Virus genome (UHGV): UHGV-0142489
From: a virus
DNA: 16,164 nt
Strand: one strand, 5' to 3'
Positions 1 through 5,795 of this stretch are shown piece by piece (position 1 is the stretch's first letter; each line of letters opens with the position of its first letter). The notes under the pieces were generated by a model. That model was given only the letters and a program-made list of their open reading frames with translations. It had not been told where the DNA came from and searched no databases. The position numbers were made by a program, and so were the translations under genes.

Positions 1-140
1 TGATTGAAATCAAAATAACGATGGGTTTATTATTACCAAAATGGTAAATTTACAACCCATTCCCATTGTGCCATAGTAATCGGGCACTGGCAAAATCCAG
101 TGCCGGGATTGGCGTCCTGGGTTACTACAGAGGCACATAT

Positions 141-160
141 GCCGCATAAGCGGTTTTTTT
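141..160 (+). terminator. Weak candidate intrinsic terminator at the extreme 5' end of the window
   Basis: 4-bp GC stem ccgc(142-145)/gcgg(150-153) with ataa loop, followed by seven consecutive T (154-160). The stem is short, so this is weak; it would end a transcript arriving from upstream of the window. Confidence 0.3.
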
Positions 161-313
161 ATGTGTAAAGCGCACCTATTCTATGGTGGGCTGTGTGGGG
201 GCACCGAAAGGTGCGCCGGGTCCTTTGTAGCCGGTTACGCCAACCCTGCACAGTTCACCACCAACCGATTGGCGTCGGTAGTGGTGATTAACCTAACTAC
301 AAAGGTGATCACT

Positions 314-1000
314 ATGAGTGCTAACGTAACCCCATCTGTTTTTCATTTTGAATCAGAAGCAACCATTCGAGCCATTGTTATTGATGGAAATCCTTGGTTT
401 GTTGCCAAAGACGTTATTAAAGCTCTTCAACTGACAAACCCCACTATGTCAATAAAATCTCTTGATGATGATGAAAGGGCTAAATTTAACTTAGGCCGTC
501 AAGGCGAAACCAATATTATCAACGAGTCAGGCCTCTACACACTGATCCTCCGCTGCCGCGACGCAGTGACACCAGGCACTATCCCCTACCGCTTTCGTAA
601 ATGGGTTACAGGTGAGGTTCTTCCTCAGATCCGCCGCACCGGAAGTTACATTAAAAACTCGCTCCCGCAGGAAGAACGCATAAAGATGGTTGCCGACCAG
701 GTAGCCAACGCCACAGCATCAGCAGTGATGCAGGCAATCAAGATAGAGAACAAAACCTACAGCGCCCCACTGAAGCCCGGCTACCGCAGCCTGATTCACT
801 CGCCGTCTGGTGTTCTCGGCCTGACGGAAAACTCACTGCTGATGAATCTGCTGAACCAGTTACAGGAAGACGGGCACGATGTATCGGGCGCGGCGGCGGA
901 GCTGACCACCATGTTCTGTTACATCGTTGGTGTGAGCAAATGCCTGCGTGATATCCAGACGCACGCGGAGTACATCAACGACAAGGCAGGGTTCTTCTGA
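314..1000 (+). CDS. Bro-N domain protein (phage antirepressor / KilA-type family), 228 aa
   Basis: ORF-track frame 161..1000 trimmed to the ATG at 314, which has an AAAGGTGA Shine-Dalgarno at 301-308 with a 5-nt spacer. The N-terminal ~110 aa (FHFESEATIRAIVIDGNPWFVAKDVIKAL ... GLYTLILRC ... RKWVTGEVLPQIRRTGSY) fit the Bro-N domain pattern, which normally starts within the first 10 residues. The C-terminal half is not recognised. Confidence 0.8.
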   Translation: MSANVTPSVFHFESEATIRAIVIDGNPWFVAKDVIKALQLTNPTMSIKSLDDDERAKFNLGRQGETNIINESGLYTLILRCRDAVTPGTIPYRFRKWVTGEVLPQIRRTGSYIKNSLPQEERIKMVADQVANATASAVMQAIKIENKTYSAPLKPGYRSLIHSPSGVLGLTENSLLMNLLNQLQEDGHDVSGAAAELTTMFCYIVGVSKCLRDIQTHAEYINDKAGFF

Positions 1001-1042
1001 CGGCGGCGGCACAGGGATGTGCCTTTAAATAATTCTGTACGA

Positions 1043-1101
1043 TTGCAGACCGGGGGTGAATAGCGTACTATTACCTTAAAGGTAAACCATGTGTTTACAT
1101 G
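1043..1101 (+). promoter_or_regulatory. Candidate sigma70-like promoter with two adjacent palindromes (possible operator) upstream of the 69-aa gene
   Basis: TTGCAG (1043-1048), 17-bp spacer, TACTAT (1066-1071). Perfect 7-bp inverted repeat TTACCTT-a-AAGGTAA (1071-1085) begins at the end of the -10. Second palindrome CATGT-gttt-ACATG (1088-1101) abuts the GAGGAGGAG ribosome-binding site (1101-1109). Confidence 0.3.
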
Positions 1102-1111
1102 AGGAGGAGAT

Positions 1112-1321
1112 ATGGGATTTTGGTTCGCTCGTACAAAAACGAGGGATAATGCACCCAGCCCTCAGGCAAAAAATGCAGAAGTTCCGGCGTCAGCGCAGGT
1201 TAACAAGCGTGGTGGTGTGTATATCTCATCACAGCAAATTTCTGAGCTTCCTGAGGTTAAGGAGATGCGTCGTCTCGCTGCTGCAATCGTTAAACAGGAT
1301 CTTGCCACTGTAAGGAAATAG
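1112..1321 (+). CDS. Small hypothetical protein, 69 aa, soluble
   Basis: ATG at 1112 preceded by an exceptionally strong Shine-Dalgarno GAGGAGGAG (1101-1109). Balanced, hydrophilic composition. TAG stop (1319-1321) overlaps the GTG start of the next gene by 1 nt. A hand-counted 100-nt sample (1141-1240) has 50 G+C, like the phage backbone. Confidence 0.65.
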   Translation: MGFWFARTKTRDNAPSPQAKNAEVPASAQVNKRGGVYISSQQISELPEVKEMRRLAAAIVKQDLATVRK

Positions 1322-2184
1322 TGTTGTTAGCTCTTCTAATTATCCCCATTCTGGTTAGTGGTTATATTATGATAACCGCTAACCAGTATCATTATTTCCG
1401 TTTATACCGACATGAAGGCCAGCTTCTTTATATGAAAGTAGCTGCATTAGGTACATATTGCCTTGTTGCTTCGGTAATAATTGCCGCATTTATAAAATAT
1501 AAATATCCTGATTTTCACCTAGTTCACGATATGGTGGAAACTTTTAATGTAACGTCAAAACCAGAAACAGATAGAATTTACATGTGGCTACTTCTTCTGT
1601 CAGTCACATCAATTTGCTTCTCTTTGTGTTATGTATCTTTTGTTTGGCTAAAAGATCTTCTTTTAGGTTGTTTTTATAAACGTGATATTTATGACAAAAT
1701 ATCAGAGGCAATGAAAGCTAGGGTATTGCGAAAAACGTACTCCCAGGGTTCTTTAGATTTGCTATTGCTTGATGCAATCGAATCAGATCCTAAGAAACCA
1801 ATGTTAATTACTTTATCATCAAATAAAGTATACGTTGGAATAATAAATGGTTCTGGTGAGCCAACGGAAAATCAAGGGCCACACCAACACATATCTTTTG
1901 TTCCTTTAATGTCAGGGTACAGAAACAAAGAAAATTTATCTGTTACATTTACAAACGCTTACCCAGGTGAAATCCAAATTAAGCGCAGTGCTGCGATAAA
2001 AGGGATAAGCAAAAAGAAAGTTCAAGGTCTAGAAATTATGGTATCTATAGACGAAATAAGTCATATATCATGGTTTGACTTTGAAGTATATAAGGCAACA
2101 AATAACAAAGTAGAAACAAAGGGGCATGTTGTTAATGTGACCAAAAATGGTCGCAACATATACTACAGAAGTGGCAGGAAATAA
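1321..2184 (+). CDS. Hypothetical membrane protein, 287 aa: three N-terminal TM helices plus ~175-aa cytoplasmic domain of unknown function
   Basis: GTG start at 1321 with AAGGA (1312-1316) upstream. Hydrophobic segments LLALLIIPILVSGYIMI, VAALGTYCLVASVIIAAFI and MWLLLLSVTSICFSLCYVSFVWL, followed by a basic stretch (KDLLLGCFYKRDIYDK), which by the positive-inside rule places the C-terminal domain in the cytoplasm. AT-rich (38 G+C in 1321-1420, hand count). An alternative start at ATG 1366 would delete the first helix. Confidence 0.7.
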   Translation: MLLALLIIPILVSGYIMITANQYHYFRLYRHEGQLLYMKVAALGTYCLVASVIIAAFIKYKYPDFHLVHDMVETFNVTSKPETDRIYMWLLLLSVTSICFSLCYVSFVWLKDLLLGCFYKRDIYDKISEAMKARVLRKTYSQGSLDLLLLDAIESDPKKPMLITLSSNKVYVGIINGSGEPTENQGPHQHISFVPLMSGYRNKENLSVTFTNAYPGEIQIKRSAAIKGISKKKVQGLEIMVSIDEISHISWFDFEVYKATNNKVETKGHVVNVTKNGRNIYYRSGRK

Positions 2185-2209
2185 ATTTTACGCAGTTTAG
2201 GTGGCTTAT

Positions 2210-2713
2210 ATGGATAATACTATCTTAGGCGCATTGATAGGTGCAGTTATTGCTATAGTTTCCACTTATATAAATGCAAGACAAGGATACAAAAACAGCA
2301 TAAGATTAGAGCGACAAAAAATATTAAGGGATAAACGCGAGCAATTATTTATAAATTGTATACTTGCTGAAAAAGTCATAAATTCAAGCGCAATTACCAT
2401 TCTCAATTTTGTAAAAAATGCCAGATACCACTCTGATAGTAAATTTGACGTATCAAGAGCGAATCCGTTGCAAACGATGGAAATGCTAATAAACATATAC
2501 CTTCCTGAGTATAAAAAAGAATTACAAGAACTCAATAATGCGTATCAAGAATTTCACAAATACTACTCTCAATATACATGTGCACATACCTTCAAAAATA
2601 TGCCTGATAATGAGAAGTCGAAGTTTATTGAGGAGGCTGATTTTTATGCAAAAAAGATATATGGCAAACTTAATGATATTAAGGACAAGATATCATTTAA
2701 CTCAATAGTATAA
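2210..2713 (+). CDS. Hypothetical membrane-anchored protein, 167 aa: single N-terminal TM helix plus helical K/E/N/Y-rich cytoplasmic domain
   Basis: ORF-track frame 2201..2713 begins at a GTG that is part of the AGGTGG Shine-Dalgarno (2199-2204); the in-frame ATG at 2210 sits 5 nt downstream and is the likelier start. TM segment ILGALIGAVIAIVSTYI followed by basic NARQGYKNSIRLERQKILRDKREQ. Very AT-rich (34 G+C in 2221-2320, hand count). Confidence 0.7.
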   Translation: MDNTILGALIGAVIAIVSTYINARQGYKNSIRLERQKILRDKREQLFINCILAEKVINSSAITILNFVKNARYHSDSKFDVSRANPLQTMEMLINIYLPEYKKELQELNNAYQEFHKYYSQYTCAHTFKNMPDNEKSKFIEEADFYAKKIYGKLNDIKDKISFNSIV

Positions 2714-2788
2714 CAGCGATACTGCCGCTGACGGCTCCCGCTGCGGTGGGCGTTCTGCGGATTCCCGCCCGGGCGGCGGTGGCATTCG

Positions 2789-2815
2789 TTAAAAACAAGG
2801 CCGCGAAAGCGGCCT
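2789..2815 (-). terminator. Intrinsic terminator closing the minus-strand virion operon
   Basis: Perfect 7-bp GC-rich stem AGGCCGC/GCGGCCT with GAAA tetraloop (plus-strand 2798-2815). On the minus strand the hairpin is followed directly by TGTTTTTAAC. It lies 9 nt downstream of the TGA stop of the 98-aa gene (2824-2826). Confidence 0.65.
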
Positions 2816-2823
2816 GTGACATG

Positions 2824-3120
2824 TCACGTTCCTTTTCTGAATGATAGCCGTTCGAAAAATGATGACATTCCACCGCAGACAATAGCAAAGATGATCCCAC
2901 CAAAGAAGAGAAGGCCAGCCTGCCACCACTCCCACCGCCATACATCCACAGCACCAACCATACCAACAATCGCTCCAACAAATGGAATATAGCTCACGAT
3001 GAAAGCAATGGGGGCTGCAATTATCCAGTGCAATCCCCACCATGATTCAAGCCCAGCCATAATTGCTGCCAACTGAAAAAGGCCAACGACGATATAAACA
3101 ATGAATCCTATCGCTTGCAT
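2824..3120 (-). CDS. Small integral membrane protein, 98 aa, three TM helices (holin-like topology or exclusion/immunity protein)
   Basis: ATG at 3120 with AGGTGA Shine-Dalgarno. Three hydrophobic helices separated by Trp-rich loops (ESWWGLHW, DVWRWEWWQ) and a short basic C-terminal tail (ERLSFRKGT). Last gene before the operon terminator. The two overlapping alternative-frame ORFs in the track were not chosen. Confidence 0.7.
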   Translation of the reverse strand: MQAIGFIVYIVVGLFQLAAIMAGLESWWGLHWIIAAPIAFIVSYIPFVGAIVGMVGAVDVWRWEWWQAGLLFFGGIIFAIVCGGMSSFFERLSFRKGT

Positions 3121-3132
3121 GTAGTCACCTAT

Positions 3133-3306
3133 TTACCCAGTAAAAATCAGAGGCCTCCCCTCAATAAGGCTTGCAACAAGAACTATTCCCTGCACAACAA
3201 AGATGAACCAGCAAATAGCTTGAGTCTGAGGGTTAAGAAAATATTTGTAGCGGTCAATAAATAACAACCCACCAGAAATTATCACACTCAAAATAATTAA
3301 AAACAC
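3133..3306 (-). CDS. Possible small two-TM membrane protein, 57 aa (not in the supplied ORF track)
   Basis: My own translation of the minus strand: GTG at 3306-3304 preceded by AAGGAAG, reading (M)FLIILSVIISGGLLFIDRYKYFLNPQTQAICWFIFVVQGIVLVASLIEGRPLIFTG and ending at TAA 3135-3133. No ATG is present in the frame, and AT-rich DNA gives hydrophobic codons by chance, so confidence is low. Confidence 0.3.
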   Translation of the reverse strand: MFLIILSVIISGGLLFIDRYKYFLNPQTQAICWFIFVVQGIVLVASLIEGRPLIFTG

Positions 3307-3315
3307 AACACTTCC

Positions 3316-5790
3316 TTATTGCGGAGTGACATCCTGAGGTCGCCACCAGTATGTCTGATTAAACTCTTTCTTCGAACGTTGCTCCATTTTACGCAAATAG
3401 CCTGGTGAAAAATACTCCTGCATCTGGTTAAAGATCATATGATCGAGAGCCGCCTTTAAGTACCAGAGATTCGCACCTGGCATCAAACCTTTCCCCAGCT
3501 TCACCAGATCACCACCAGTCTGCTCACTCTTCCCTTCCACAGCATTTAACGGTATGCCCTGAGCAATCTTCACTACGTCATCAACCAGACCAGCTACCGG
3601 GCCAAGCATCGACGCCAGCGCGCCGCTTCCGTACCTAGTGTGATCTGACAATAAAAAGTCACCGTAAAGGCCAAGGCCACCACCTTTCAGTAGAGCACCA
3701 AGCCAGAATTTTGCGGCACCTTCTCCTGTCATCTCTCGAGGATTACGACCAGACGCAAGGTCGTTAAGTTGCTGCGACAAAGCGCCAAGAATGGTCGTAC
3801 TGGCAATAAACGTCGCAATATATGCCGCACGCCCACCAGCAGACGGCATACCCATAGCGCGTGACCAGTGACGCATAACAACCGAGATAGGGAACGATTT
3901 AAACAGGAAAACACTTCTCGTTAATTCACCTTTCCATGTTCCACGCTGAATACCAGAACCGGTTATCAGTTGCTCACGTGCTCCCGGTGTAATAATAGCC
4001 ATATCAACTTCTTCAGTTACGGCACCGAGCAGTTTACGCATTGCCTCAAATTTCACTCGTTCAGGCTCACCAAGATGTTTAACTGCTGAATCAGGGATAC
4101 GCATAATGCTTTCCGGTGTCAGCATCGTATTATTACCGTTCCCCCAGTCCTCCTGTTGCGCCAGCTTCCATACGTTCCAGTCTGTGTCAGTAATCCCTTT
4201 GCTTTTCAGGATACGAAAATCAGAGTCATCGAGGCTACGAAGGTCTGGTGTCCGTGACACTACTTCTCCCAGGCTTCCCATCATGGTTACGCCATAGGCG
4301 CGCTTGTGCGCATCTGACCATGCTGTAAGCCCACTGGCACGCATTACGGCCGTTGCCGCCCAACGAGACACTGACGGCCCCATATTATCCATCGCCCAGC
4401 GGTTAACGCTGCCAAGTAGAGATTCCATCGCCAGACCAGCGCGGCGCGCCCGCGCAAGTTCTGTACGGTTCGTTGGGTCCATAGCTTCAAGCTGGTTGCG
4501 GAATAACTGGTTCATTGGAAGGTTGGTAACCTTCGCAGACAGATACATGGTTCCAAGATCAGAGAACGATGACAGCAACGCGGATCCGAGTCTGCTGGCA
4601 ACCAGCCAGTTGCGGATATTGTCAGACCATCGCGCGATGTGCGGATTCGCTACAGGCTGTGTCTTTCCAGAAATAAAGTTGTACAGATTCTCTGTGTTGT
4701 TCGCCAGCCGCTCGACTTTACCGGTTTTACTCGGGTTAGCTGTTGCCGTTTCTGCCTTAACCTGATCAAGAAGAGAGCGGAAAACATGATCGGGGTTTGG
4801 GCCATATGTTTCCACCAGCGCAATATCTTTACTGATACCTTCCAGGTGACCGACCATGATTTCCCATAGAGAGCGATCGCCATAAAGTTGCTGATATTGC
4901 AGATAGGAATCTGCATCTTTGAAATGTATCTGTCGTGATGCATTACCACGGTTAGCACGCACGCCGGAAATTCGCATTCCGGTATCAGTAAGCTTATTCA
5001 GCCCACCAGTAGCGATCGTGTTATAAGCCTCTCCAAGAAATGCAGACAACTCGGCATCGTTCATCAGTTGCCCATCGGCTCGGGTATAATATTTGCGATC
5101 CAGCTTACCTATAACATCGCTAACCCATTTATCTTTTGATACCGCCCCAACCTTTTCCATAGAATGATGTTGAGGGATCCCCCAGTTTTCGAGATAGCCA
5201 ATGTCCCCACCAGCATCATTAAACCGGCGGCGCAGTAGATCTGTCACTTCTCTCCACGCCTTAGCACCTTTTCTTGCTTTAGCATTGCCAGTATTTTGCC
5301 CTCGCATTTCATATACCAGGTCACGCACGCCCGCTTCATCTTCAAACAGACTAAAAAAGCGAGGATCAACTGCTTCGAATGCCTCCTGCAATCGACTCAA
5401 TGCATAATCACGGGTGGCTTTTGTTCTGGATTCAACAGAGAGGAAATTCGATTTACCGTCTGCATTAAAAGCAATAGTACGGTTAAGAGCGCCAAGTTTC
5501 CCATCAGCCCCTTGATAGCTATTGATAAATTTATCCAATCTCTGACGTGCGGCTATAGTGAGGGCCACACGACGTTTCTTTAATGCCGCTTCTCGCTGTA
5601 ATTCTTCAGATGCCAATTGTGCTGCTCGATATAGCCGCTCTGATTCGGAAAGTTGTCGCCACGAGATCGGGTCATCACGAGCAATGGAGCGCATATTTCG
5701 ATAAATGCGGTCTTCAATGTTCTGTATTTCTCGCGCCGTTAAAGTGCGCTGCGCCGCCTGCTGGACCGCTTGTATACATTCCTGTCTCAT
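3316..5790 (-). CDS. Large internal virion / ejection protein, 824 aa
   Basis: ATG at 5790, 5 nt after the stop of the upstream gene. Long, largely helical-looking protein with hydrophobic stretches near the C-terminus (AAYIATFIASTTILGAL, GAAKFWLGALLKGGGLGLYGDFLL). Its position after the tail tubular genes matches the internal core/ejection proteins of T7-type podoviruses. No tail-fibre-like repeats. Confidence 0.75.
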   Translation of the reverse strand: MRQECIQAVQQAAQRTLTAREIQNIEDRIYRNMRSIARDDPISWRQLSESERLYRAAQLASEELQREAALKKRRVALTIAARQRLDKFINSYQGADGKLGALNRTIAFNADGKSNFLSVESRTKATRDYALSRLQEAFEAVDPRFFSLFEDEAGVRDLVYEMRGQNTGNAKARKGAKAWREVTDLLRRRFNDAGGDIGYLENWGIPQHHSMEKVGAVSKDKWVSDVIGKLDRKYYTRADGQLMNDAELSAFLGEAYNTIATGGLNKLTDTGMRISGVRANRGNASRQIHFKDADSYLQYQQLYGDRSLWEIMVGHLEGISKDIALVETYGPNPDHVFRSLLDQVKAETATANPSKTGKVERLANNTENLYNFISGKTQPVANPHIARWSDNIRNWLVASRLGSALLSSFSDLGTMYLSAKVTNLPMNQLFRNQLEAMDPTNRTELARARRAGLAMESLLGSVNRWAMDNMGPSVSRWAATAVMRASGLTAWSDAHKRAYGVTMMGSLGEVVSRTPDLRSLDDSDFRILKSKGITDTDWNVWKLAQQEDWGNGNNTMLTPESIMRIPDSAVKHLGEPERVKFEAMRKLLGAVTEEVDMAIITPGAREQLITGSGIQRGTWKGELTRSVFLFKSFPISVVMRHWSRAMGMPSAGGRAAYIATFIASTTILGALSQQLNDLASGRNPREMTGEGAAKFWLGALLKGGGLGLYGDFLLSDHTRYGSGALASMLGPVAGLVDDVVKIAQGIPLNAVEGKSEQTGGDLVKLGKGLMPGANLWYLKAALDHMIFNQMQEYFSPGYLRKMEQRSKKEFNQTYWWRPQDVTPQ

Positions 5791-5795
5791 TTAAT

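Noticed and set aside
161-313. 5' extension of the Bro-N ORF starting at ATG 161 (MCKAHLFYGG...)
   Set aside because: The extension is Cys/Gly-rich and has no ribosome-binding site. The ATG at 314 has an AAAGGTGA site at optimal spacing, and Bro-N domains start at the protein N-terminus.
1089-1313. 74-aa ORF overlapping the 69-aa gene in another frame
   Set aside because: It has no ribosome-binding site and an Arg/Leu/Cys-rich composition typical of an off-frame read; the 1112 frame has a near-consensus site. Its ATG lies inside the CATGT/ACATG palindrome.
2266-2535. 89-aa antisense ORF within the 167-aa gene
   Set aside because: An AT-rich region yields chance hydrophobic ORFs, and the sense gene has the start signals and neighbouring context.
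2210-2713. The 167-aa TM protein as an i-spanin (Rz-like)
   Set aside because: The strongly basic segment directly after the TM helix predicts a cytoplasmic C-terminal domain (N-out/C-in), opposite to Rz. No embedded or adjacent lipoprotein (o-spanin) gene and no endolysin were seen.
2697-3043. Alternative-frame minus-strand ORFs overlapping the 98-aa gene (2697..2981, 2789..3043)
   Set aside because: They run through the terminator hairpin and intergenic spacer and lack ribosome-binding sites; the 2824..3120 frame has an AGGTGA site and a coherent three-TM protein.
3316-5790. The 824-aa protein as the tail fibre or tailspike
   Set aside because: It has no beta-helix or fibre-like repeats and no N-terminal adaptor-like region. 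It is helical with hydrophobic C-terminal segments, more like an ejection/core protein. The receptor-binding gene is probably outside this window.
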